64,000 bases of DNA. Origin: Paramoeba atlantica. Taxonomy: Eukaryota > Protista > Discosea. The notes beneath the pieces were generated by a model that was given only the letters and a program-made list of their open reading frames with translations, was not told where the DNA came from and did no database searches. Below are positions 22,172-32,963 of the stretch, piece after piece. The stretch lies in assembly GCA_977017575.1 (NCBI GenBank), contig CDRNVI010000163.1, positions 1 through 64,000 of the forward strand. Direction: 5' to 3'. Position numbers and translations under genes: made by a program. Each line of letters opens with the position of its first letter. Positions within the stretch are counted from its first letter, which is position 1.

Positions 22172-25100
22172 GTCATCCATATTCACTTCAACATTCTCAG
22201 AACTTTCTTTTGTTGTGGAAAGTGGCAGAGGTAGTGATTGAATAAGAAGAATGTCACAAATTTCCAGCTCACTGATTAATTCAATTTTTTCCAAAATGTC
22301 ATTTTGTCTTGAGAGGATATGGGTTTTTCCTGAAGAAGATTGTCCCAAATCCACCAACTCTTCAAACCAATGAGTCACATAATCCTTTGAAGTGGCCTTA
22401 TCATGATATCCAACATACTGGCAGCTTAGAGCATCAGGAATTGCCATCAACTTTCCAGGTTTGTGAATGACCTTTAGGTGATATTCTAGAATTCAAGCAA
22501 CCCAATCACGCAGCATATCATGGTTCAGTACTTTCTGTTGACCCATTTTAAACACAGATTTGAGAGATTCACAATCACAGAACACAATAGGATTTCAACC
22601 ATAGATGTAATACTTGAAGTTGTTTAATGCCCACAGGATTCTAAGGCCCTCCTGCAGAGGATTAGTGTACTTCTGCTGTGTCTCTGTGAATGTTCGAGAA
22701 GCATACTCAATAACTCGGTGGTGACCATCTTGATCCATCTGAGTGAGAATTGCTCCAAGACCAAGCTTGCTGGCATCAACATGGATAAAAAATTCCTTTG
22801 AGAAGTCAGGATGGGCCATACAAGTTTCGGATGTTAAGAGCTCCTTTAAGAGATGTATCTCCTTGATGGATTCTTGGAATAGTGAAAACTTCTTTGGATC
22901 CATCACTTTGGCTTTTCTCAGGTGTGTTGTTAAACTGGATGAACAAGAGATGAACTGTTTTAACCAAGTAACCATTCCCAAAAATCTCTCAACTTCCTTT
23001 GGAGTAGTCAGAAGTGGGTAATTCTGGATTGCCTCAACTTTTTTCAGATTTGGCTTCAAACCATCCTTTGTTGTGATAAATTCAAGAATTTCAAAATTTG
23101 ACTTGCAAAATGAGCACTTTGCTGGTTGGAGCATCAAATCATTGTCCCTCAATCTTTGAAAAATTTTTGTCAGATCAGCCAGATGTTGTTCAAATGTTGA
23201 GCTGTAACAAAGGATATCATTGATGTAGGCAAAACAACATTGCCAAACCAGACCACTCAAGACCATTTCAATAAACTGTTGTTGTGTTGCTGGAGTGTTG
23301 CATAACCCAAAAGGCATCAAGAGAAATTCCCAGAGACCATATTTGCTGGTAAAAGCAGCCTTTTCAATGTCTCTTTCTCTGATTGGGATTGACCAAAAAG
23401 CCTCAGACAGGTCAATAGAGGAAAAATAAGAAAAATTGCCAAGTGCAGCTAAGATTTCATCCATACAGGGTAGTGGATAAGAGTTCTTCTTTGTTTTTTC
23501 ATTCAGGCAACAGAAATCCACACAAAACCAAACATTTCCATTCTTCTTGTCTGCCAAGAGAATTGGAGCAGCCCAAGGAAAGTTAGATTTTCTAATCACT
23601 TTCCTTTTCACCATCTTGTCAATATGTTTCCATATGATGCGGTCTTCAACAGGTGTGGTTCTACAGGGTTTTGCTCTCAAGGGTGGACCCTCTGCCTCGA
23701 TTGGATGACTCGTTGCTGTGGTTCTAGTAATTGGACCTTCTTGCTTCTCATTATCCCACAAGTCTTGGAAAGAAACCAACATCTCCGCTAATTGTATTTT
23801 CTGCCTGTCATTCAATTCAGTATTATCCAAACCAAATTTCTCATATGCTTCTTTGAATTTATCAGGTGGATCTTTTTTATGTGCAGCAGACTTGTTTTGG
23901 GTGGCAATGTGAGTAAGCAATTGTATCACAGATGAGTCACAATCGAGGTCAGGGTTGGGGTGTCTGGTGGATCAATTAGATTTGCCATTCTGATGATCAT
24001 GCAACTTCTGTCTCTTCCATTTAGGTTTTTGAAATAAATCCTCATCCTCAATCATTTTCTCAAGCCATGGTCCAGCAAGTGCACAGAGATAATTGGCACC
24101 AGTTTTTGCATTAACTGATTTTGTGTGAGGTGGTTGTTTCTTGGGTACAGATTTTCAAAGACAGGGTTCAATCAAAGAGTGTTTCAAGAGTTGAAGAAGC
24201 TCAGTGTTTTCAACATCATGGTCATTAAGCTGATAAACCATTCCAACTTCGAGATTTTTCTTCACTTGGACCTCAGTCTCAGAATGATTCATCACAAGAA
24301 CATTCAGTGTGTTGCGTTTTTTACCTTGCTCAATTGTAACCAAGCCAGGAAGGAATAACAAACTCTCTGATCCAATTGATGGAAAGAAGAATCCTTCAGG
24401 TGACAATGCATGGCCATTCAGCATTAGTGGAAGGAACACTGATGATCTCAGAGGGATTGCCTTTGTCTCAGCCAAGAGTACTAAGGTCTTATCTCACCTC
24501 TCTACATTGATGTAGAAATCTGGATCTGTGACCTGAGGAAGGGTGATGTTGAGCTGTGCCAAATTTGCCTGGATGCATCTCTGACCTTTCCATGTTAAAT
24601 GACCATCACTGAGACCTAGGCAACATTGTTTCATGGCACTGAAGCCAATCAATGTTTGAACAGGGAGGTCATCAATAATGAAGAACCAGAGTCCTTGGGA
24701 AAATCCCTTTCCAATCTTGACCATGGTGAGAATCTCTTCATTAATCACAACTTCGGTTGAGTTTCCCACTTTGACTTGAAGCTCATCAGCTTGCCGTTGG
24801 CTCAGGATCTCAAATCCAGGATGTGAAAGTTGCTGACAACTGATTGCATTGATACCAGATCCTGTGTCTATACAAGTAGTAGTTGCTAATCCACCTGGCT
24901 GAGACACAACTTCAAATGCACAACCAATATCCTGGCTTTCCACATTGATTACTAAATTCAGAAGAACATTGATCACATGATCTGAAGGAAGGTTGGTATG
25001 GAATGATGAATCAGCCTGAATGTGAACATCAGAGTGTTTCAGAGGTTCTTGAATGTGAGTGTTGGACTGACTCAGAGGTTCTTTGAATTCAGTTGAGCAA

Positions 25101-25174
25101 CTAGATGAAATCAAAGAATACAATACAATGGGCTCAGAGCAGTAGAAAAACCCAATGGGAAAACTGGTGCTCAA
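22172..25174 (-). pseudogene. Gypsy A protease, reverse transcriptase and RNase H (decayed)
   Basis: CIDTGSG protease; PWAAPILL..KKNG..FCVDF..LN, YFSSIDL..AFW, MPFGLCN, AYINDIL (YxDD with D>N), HVDAS..GLGAIL, IEYASR. It joins the integrase at 10853 in frame (VNMDDIDWVLVELPY) after B is removed. Confidence 0.93.
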
Positions 25175-26145
25175 AGTTCAAAAAAAAAGAAAAGTTGCTT
25201 GCTCAAAAAACCAATTGGTGGAAAAATAGCTGACTCAAAAAGAAGATAAATGATCAAAAGTAGAAGATCAGTTGTTGTGAGGAAACCTGGCCTCCAGGAA
25301 AAAACCTCACCAGAATGTTTGTTCATGAAAACAAGGCACTGTTGTTGTTTCAATTCAAAGAACAAATGTTCAATCTCGGTATCAAAAGTGAGCATAAGTT
25401 CTGAAAATCAAAACCAGCATTGCCAATGAACATGTCTACTTTGGTACAGACTAAAGAAGGCGTGTCAGAAATATGTTGAATGGACAACTGAAGAGTGGTC
25501 CTCAGAAGTCTCACGAAAAAGTGAGAAACTTCCTGATGACATCATCAATGGTGTTCTTTATTTAGATTCATAGAAGGTCGACTTGGAGGAGACCAAGGGT
25601 GGACTTGAAGGAGATTGGGAATTGACTTGGAGAAGATCAAGAGTCAGATCAAACAAATAGAGCAGAGAGCCAAGTGTCTTCAGAGTAGCGCACATTGCTT
25701 GTGTGCACTTCATCAACTATCAATTTGTCTTTCAGAGAAACTAAACTGGCTACAGGTTTGTGCCCCCTTCTCACAAGGCTAATGGTCTGAGCTCTTTTGA
25801 TTTGATTTTGCCTTTTGTGAGAATGAAGCATATAAATCAAAGACTGTAGAACTCAAAAGAAAAGACTTGAGGACAGAAAGAGAAAAAAAAGAGTTGGTTT
25901 TGAAGAAACCTGGTGGAAGAGATAGAAAAATTTCTTGAACATCAAAAAAAAACACCACAATTTGGGAGGAAAATGAAGCCAAACATGAGAATTGAAAAGA
26001 GAAAATGAAAATTGGGTACCACTGCAACTCATCTTCACCAAATTTAAAGTCTGGGCTAAAGTCAGAAGGTAAGAAAGCAAACAAGAAAAACAGAAAAAAA
26101 ATGACTTGTTAGAAATTGTTACACTAAATTCAGAAATTGTCATTT

Positions 26146-27865
26146 TCATTTATTTAATTTCATGTATTTCTTCCACTTCCTCTCATATTTTGTCATCTTC
26201 CCTTTGTTGGAGGGGACCTTATACCATGCAGGACACATCCAAAACACATCACAGAACTCACAGCCCCACCAATCATGTCCAATTCGATATGTTTTTTGGC
26301 ATCCAGCCTTACACTCTCATGTTTTTTGCTCTCTCTCCTTCTCTCTGAGGGTTCTCTCTCTCAACAATTTTCTTTTCTCTTTCTCTCTTTTTCTCAATTC
26401 TTTTTTGCTCTTGCTCTTCTTTTCTTTTGTCTCTCTTGGGCCTTTTTCTCTTTCACAAGTTTCTTTTCTTTTCCTTGGTTTTCTTCTCCTCTTCTATCCT
26501 GTTGTTCTCCACCATCATATCTGCAGGGTCATACCTATGATTTTTTCTCACAGTGTGGGTTACCCTCTTAATTTTTTTCCCCTCCTCACTTGCCTTCTCA
26601 ACTGTCTTTTCAATAATCAAGGTAACTTGTTGTGTCATTTTCTCAACTAAATAGTCATGCTCTGAAGTGGGTGTAAATCCAGCATCATCCCCACCAGGGC
26701 AGTGGTTCTCCTTGGCCAAGTGAAGGATTTTCGTTTCAGAAAAAGGGAACAAACCAGTCTCCTTAAATGCCTTGGTAATAGTCTTGGCTGTGAAGGCTTT
26801 CTCAGTACTTTGGAGAACAAAATCAATAAAAGAAAACATGTTGGTTCACGAAAACGATTGGATATACGCGTGCTCACTTGTGATCCTTGTCACTTGCTGT
26901 TTTAGACTTGTGAATAAGAGGTTATCAAGTGGCTGTGACCAGTGTGAGGTGTGGGCGACTAGAAAACACAAAGAAACATGATTTTCAAAAGCCTTTTGGA
27001 CCACTTGGATCTGACGATGTGAGCCAAGGTTGTCTCCAAAGCATTTTCATTCCACTCCAGGGTGCAAAATATTCCATCTTGACACAAAATCCTCCATAAT
27101 TTGTTGGAAAACAACATCATTGATGTATCCTGACTCAGTAAAGAAGACAAGAGAGGGAAGTTGGGCAGATCGAGTTCGTTTTGAGGTGTTCGGAAGATCG
27201 AGGTGAACAGTTGCAGTGTCCCCTTCCTTGAATTTGGCAGAAAATACAAAATATGTCGCAAGGGTAGTTCCATCAGCCCCCACAAAGGGTAGAAAGGTTC
27301 CACAGTGTGTCCCCTTGATACCTGATCGATTTTGAGACTTCTTGGCTTTCTTGCGCAATTTACCCTCCTGAGTTAGCAGAATCCGGCACTCATCATCGTT
27401 GACAAATGCAAACGAAAGAGGTGTTCGCGTCGCAAAAAACTTCTTTATCTTTTCCACAAAATATACAGTTTCATCATAAAGATGAGCAGAAGCTCGATCA
27501 TTCGAGAGAGGGGTGGTATTTCCAAGGCCCAAGTCATCTGAATGCTTTGTCAAAAAACGCTGGATTGTTGAGCGTGAGATTTTCTTCGAAAACATATCTT
27601 CCGCCGCTTTATGCATTTGATCCACTGTCCATGGTTTCTGAATATTTACCAAAGCAATTGCAATGTAGAGGAGGGACTTCTGTTCTTCCTCTGTCAGGCA
27701 GGAATTGCCATGAACTTCACCAGGCTGTTTTCTTCGATAATAGGCCAGACTGACCGCATTTTTGCTCTTCCCAATTTCTCTACCATGGATCTCACATGCC
27801 TCACCAACTGAGTGACCCTTTTCAACTAGATTTTGGATGTCCACAACAACATTGGTGTATGCCAT
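26146..27865 (-). pseudogene. pogo-type DDE_1 transposase (DD35D) with C-terminal Cys-rich finger
   Basis: HTH/CENPB-like N-terminus, FVNDDE, GDNLGSH...TSHWSQPLD (35 residues between the Ds), AFKETGLFP, then GCQKTYRIGHDWWGCEFCDVFWMCP; TGA stops at 27047 and ~26846; imperfect inverted repeats at 26111-26147 and 27907-27943. Confidence 0.88.
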
Positions 27866-28220
27866 AACCCAAAACAAAACAAGTTGTTGACCGTTTCAAC
27901 AAACACGAAAATGACAATTTGTGATTTTAGGGCGACAATTTCTCTGACTTTAGCCCTCTTTTTGTTGAGAACAAAAGTGGTTTCGGTGAGAACCAAAGTT
28001 GTCGACTTTTGCTTTTCTCTTTTTGAAAAAGTCCAACTGTATGTTGCTCCAATCAATTTCTCGCTTTGGGATTTCGAAGTTGAGGTCTGCGTTAGGACCT
28101 GCGTTTCGAAGTTGGGGTCCCCCAATTCTCTCTTCTTCGCAAAACAAAGGAACCTGCTGGTCACAGTGGTCTGCCGGAAGAAGGCCCCTTTTTTCTCAAA
28201 CATGCTCTTCAGTAGTGGCG

Positions 28221-31024
28221 ATGGCTCTTCCCCAACAACAACACATGACGACTATCCACAAAAATGACGATTGCTGGTACTCTTCTGCAGCAAGACTTCC
28301 CCAGTTACTCCTCCCTCTTGGCCACACTCCAAAACGGTTCTTTGGAGATGAGGTACGCTTTTGGTTTGTTTTGTTTGTTTATTTCATCTGAGGTGTTCCT
28401 TTTCCACAGAGTGGAGCTCTGAAAAAGATCGAACTGGAGAGGAAAATTGAGAAAAAAGAAACAAAGATGGAAGAAGTAACAAAGGAGATTGCGGAATTGA
28501 CAAAGAAGGTCATGAGTGAACCTCCAGGCGAGAACCATAACCTGATGAGGAATTATCTTGACGATCTTCGGCGCTCTCTCGACGATCTTCGGCAGGATAA
28601 AGCACGTTTGTTGAAGGACCTTGGTTCAGAACCTGGTTTGTTGATTTTTCTCTTGTTGGTTGTTGGTTGTCGGTTGTTGGTTGTTGGTTGTTGGCTGGGT
28701 TGGCCATGGGTTGGTGCCTGGAAATATGTGAAATTATTCCTTCACTGTCAACCGCAGAAAGTTTCATTAAATCAAAACCATGGCTGGTTTGTTTTTCTTT
28801 GTTTTTGGTTAGTTAGTTGTGGTTGACTTGGTTGGCCTGGAAAAAGAATTTGGGCCTTTACCATTGATTGTAAAAACTTTCTCAAATCAGAACCTTGCTG
28901 GTTTGTTTTTTCTTTGGTTTTTGGTTGGTTTGTTGTGGTTGATTTGTGGGGTGGTAGTGGTTGGTTGAAGCACCACAAGCCTCTCCCTGTGATGGGTAGT
29001 TCTTTTGAAACACTTTCAAAGTTTGTGATTGATATCCAAAATACAAGTGTTGATTGACTTTCTTTTTTTTTCATTCAGAGTTTGAATGGAAGTGGCGAGA
29101 ACCTCGGCCTTTTGTTCAGACAACTGGGAGTGTTTGGGAGTACCAGCCTCCAGAGAATGTGCTTGAGCCCTTGAACAAAAATTTACCAAAGCACTACCAT
29201 TTGTGGAAACAAGAAAAAACAGATAAGAGTCATCCTCTATTTCTGGTTTTCAGCGGCCCAGGCACTGGAAAGAGTCGGCTTCTGGATGAACTCCCTGAAC
29301 TGGCGAAGAAATCTGTGAAATCATTGCCCGAACTCCATGATCTTTTGGACGAGGCCTTTGTTTTCAAAATTACATTTGAAAATGGGATGCGTTATCTCAA
29401 CAACGAAGGGGTAAGTGGTGATGAGATTCTTGGAACCCGAATGATGTGGCAGATATCACCCATGGACACATTTTCTTCGTTTCTGAACAGAAAGAGGAAA
29501 TATACAATTGAAGATGCTCTTGACGCAATCCCATGCGATCGCTCCAAGCCCTCAGCAGTATTCCTTCTTATTGATGGACTGCAAATGGTTCCTCACACTT
29601 CAGGGAGTTCTGAAACTGTATTTGCGGAGATTATCAAAAGTGTTTGTAACAAGATCAATGATAGTGGGCGAGATTTTTTTATCGTGGGTGCTGTTTCAGC
29701 AACAGTGTCAGAGCCAGTGAGACAAGTTCTTCACCATTCCCCTCAGCGCCGTGTGAATCTCGTGCCAGGGCCTTTAGATGGTCACGCCATCATAAAAAGT
29801 TCAAACATGTTGGTTCACATGCTTGTGGATGACATGGGTGGTCACGGCCGTGCTTTGGAGATGCTGGTAGACTCTTTGGAACCACTTCAGAGGAAAGGCC
29901 AAGACCAAGATAGTTTCTCATTGGCTGAACTTGCATCATCACTTCGTCACAATTTCAGGGAACGCTACCCTTCTTTGTTTGAGCTTGGAGATGACCTTCT
30001 TCCCTTGGTTGAAAGTACCTTTGCGCGCCGTTCTTTTTCTTCACTACAAAGCTCCATTTCTCCAAACTTCACTGTGGAAGATGCATTGACTCTTGGATTA
30101 ATTCGATGGAGCCCTCAAACTCAAACTCTGGAAATGCCTTTCATCTTGTTATGGCTCTTGACAACAGGCACTCCAAATGCTCCCCCATTGTTGAGGCATC
30201 TCGCTCATGACAATGTGTCTTCTGGTATTGTGAAGAGGACAGGACTTGAAGGCTGGGGAAGTTGGCAAGACTTTGTTGCAAATTTCCAAAGTTTAAAGTC
30301 GAAGGTTTTTGATGGAAAGGAAATGACTCTGGCAGAGTTACATGCTGGGGCAAAGCTCAGTGATTTGGCTGCAAAATCCCTCATCAGAGTCCAGAAGCAA
30401 GATGTTGTGTGGACAAAGAAACGTTATCTGAGTCGATCAGATAGGGAGATTGCTGAGATGATTGAGCATGAGGAGGGTGAAGTGCCTTTCAAAAGGCTGT
30501 GTGACATTCTTGTAGTGAATGGTCCAGGGGCTCCTGCTGCTGATGTCTTTTCTCGTGTCCATCTTAGAGACCCTGATGCATCTGTGGAAGATAGGGAAGG
30601 TGTTTGGGTTAATGAAACTTTTGCTTGTCGGCACCGGCAGAAGGAGACTCTTTCTCAATCTGATTACAAGAACGAGAGAGAAAAGGCAGCAGGGCCTGAC
30701 GACTTTTTTATGATGTTTGTGACAGGAGATTCTGATGTTGATTTGGAAAACAATGATGATGGGAAGAGAAAGAATGGGCTTGTGGATTCTAAAAACTTTT
30801 CTTCTTACTTTGGACCTTTTGCCGGTCGTGCTTTTCACTTGCGAGAAGAGCCTCCAAATATCAATACTGCCCCACGTAGTGTGCTTGAGGCTATAGAAGG
30901 AATTGGTTCTGCCAGAGGAAAAACTATTTTGCAAGAGCGTGCGTCTCACCTGTTTGATGATCTAAGTGATGCATCTGTCCGCACTCAAATTCCAGAACAT
31001 GTCTTACATCGGTTAACTTTTTGA
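28221..31024 (+). CDS. Crinkler (CRN)-like protein: coiled-coil header, P-loop NTPase, restriction-endonuclease-like domain, C-terminal helix-hairpin-helix
   Basis: Phase-consistent model 28221-28352, 28410-28635, 29079-31024 (~767 aa). HPLFLVFSGPGTGKSRLLDE Walker A, FKITFENG, LLIDG Walker B, DMGGHGRALE, VVNGPGAPAAD, and INTAPRSVLEAIEGIGSARGKTIL (HhH). The 5' exons are less certain than the main exon. Confidence 0.78.
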
Positions 31025-31162
31025 CTATCTCAAAACTCATAACACAACTCTCTTTACCCCCTGAACTTTTTCTTATTTCATAATTGTTGTTATTTTTTGC
31101 ACCTTTTCTTTCATTTTTACTGACTCTTTTTTTTCTCTCTTCTGTGTTGTGAGTGTTCTGAC

Positions 31163-31226
31163 AGGTATCAAGTTGGATTCAGTTTCCCGTAGCTAGTAAA
31201 GGGAAACTTGCTCCAACTTGATACCT
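31163..31226. other. Isolated long hairpin followed by a T-run
   Basis: AGGTATCAAGTTGGA / TCCAACTTGATACCT (15 bp perfect), 3x3 internal loop, AGTTTCCC / GGGAAACT (8 bp), 12-nt loop, then poly(T). Confidence 0.7.
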
Positions 31227-31559
31227 TTTTTTTTGAAATGTCTCTTGTTTTTTGAAATTTTTGTTGAGTTTTTTCACTGAGCTTTTTTTGAATCATTCAC
31301 ATGTTAGAAATAAGAAGAAGAGGACAGAAAGTGTGTGCTCTGATTTCTTATGCATATGTTTTTGTATGCATGGACAAAAAAAAGTTGAATTTATACAGAT
31401 AGAAAGGTGACAAGAGAACATAGATTGAGAAAAATGGAAATAGTGAAAGAGATGCAAGAACATTAAACCTGAAAAATGGACAAAATGTTTTTGGAGAAGT
31501 TAGATGTTCAGAAGCAACACACACTGAACTTCACCCAACTTTCACCAAGAAGAGAGGTT

Positions 31560-32900
31560 GAGAAGAAAAAGCAGAAATCAAATCAAAAGAAATAATATGT
31601 AAAAATTTATTCGCTTTTTAAAAAATTAACCCAAAGAAGATCACAACAAACAAAATCAATGCCACAGCACAGGGTGATGAGGTAGGGCATTGAACAAAGA
31701 TCTCGACAAAGGCAGAAATAAAAGTGAAAAAAAAGAACAAACAATTTTTGTAATTTATAAAGGTCAAATAATTCAGATGGAACTGTTGTTATGAGAAAGC
31801 AACCTAAAAAAAATCAAATCAATTCAAAAAAAAATCTGAGGAAAAAAAAAAAGGAAGGAATCACAAACAAGTTTTGCATTTTGAAAATTTCTCCAATTTC
31901 TGTTGGAATTTCTCCTTCGAATAAATTAGAAGTTAGATCTTTGCAAAAGAAAGAAAATTAAAAAGAAGAGAAGGTTTGAGAAAGAAAGAAGAAGAAAAAA
32001 ATTATGTTATTCAATAATATTTGAGAAAAGAAAATATTCATACAAATTCGATAATCGAGAGATTTCTCCTATTTGGGTTGGAAGAGTTCCATTGAATTGA
32101 TTTCGAGAAAGGGACCTTTGAATAAAGGGAGTCAAAAAAAAAAAAAAGATACAATAATAAAAATTATTATTATTTATTATTTATTATTTATTTATTATTT
32201 ATTTATTTATTATTATTTATTATTATTTATTTTAAAAAGAAAAAACATCATACATGACAGTCAAATGAGAGAGTCTTCCAATTTCAGTTGGAATTTCTCC
32301 CTCTAACAAGTTGAAATTGAGATAACTAAAAAAATTCAAAAAAAAAAAAAAAATCAATCAGTTTCAACAAAATAAAAAGAAAAAGAAACAGGTAATTTAA
32401 AGAAGAAGGATAGCCAATTTCAGTTGGAATTGTCCCAATCAAAAAAAAAAAAGAAAATAAATAAAATAAATAAAATAAAATGAAAAAAATTGAAAAAAAA
32501 AAATAAAAAATGAAAATTAAACTCAATTTCAATATTTTTCATTCTTCAACAATTCAAAAAAAAAAAAAAAAAAAAAAGAAAGAAAAGAGAAAAATTAAAC
32601 ATTTTAGTGATGCGTTTGAATTGCTCAATTTAATTTGGCTGGTTCCCTCTAACAAGTTAAAATTCAAGGATCTAAATTGTTCACAACAACAAAAGAGATA
32701 AAGGAAAAAAGAAAAAAGAAAAAAGAAAAAAAGAAAAAAATAAAATAAAAATAAAATAAAATAAAAAAACAAAAAATTTTTAAAAAAATTCTTTTGAAAA
32801 AGAGAAAAATAAAAAGACTACAAACACTTTTTTGTCCCTGCAAACACCCTGCATTTTGGGGTTCCCCATGGGGCTTATTTAGCACAAAAATGTGTCAAAA
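31560..32900 (-). pseudogene. LRR receptor-like gene remnant with 72-nt one-repeat exons
   Basis: Intact 24-aa exons 32254-32325 (YLNFNLLEGEIPTEIGRLSHLTV) and 32044-32115 (SLSRNQFNGTLPTQIGEISRLSN); other exons are frameshifted, deleted or have lost the acceptor; a possible TM segment lies near 31630-31690. Confidence 0.72.
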
Positions 32901-32963
32901 TCAAATTAGTAAACACCAAATATCAGGAAACAACCAAATATCTAACACAAAAAGAATTATTCA

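Noticed and set aside
24155-24475. dUTPase domain in Gypsy A pol
   Set aside because: It sits in the PR-RT linker and is beta-rich, but none of the five dUTPase motifs is recognisable.
25175-26050. gag and 5' LTR/PBS of Gypsy A
   Set aside because: No capsid or knuckle motif, no repeat matching 689-1030 and no clear PBS, so the element boundaries are left undefined.
12358-27865. Stop-codon reassignment or programmed readthrough to explain the in-frame TGA/TAG codons
   Set aside because: Cellular genes end in TGA or TAA and a 5.5-kb exon has no internal stops. The stops are confined to TEs and match C>T decay; the TAG at 16837 is not at a gag/pol boundary.
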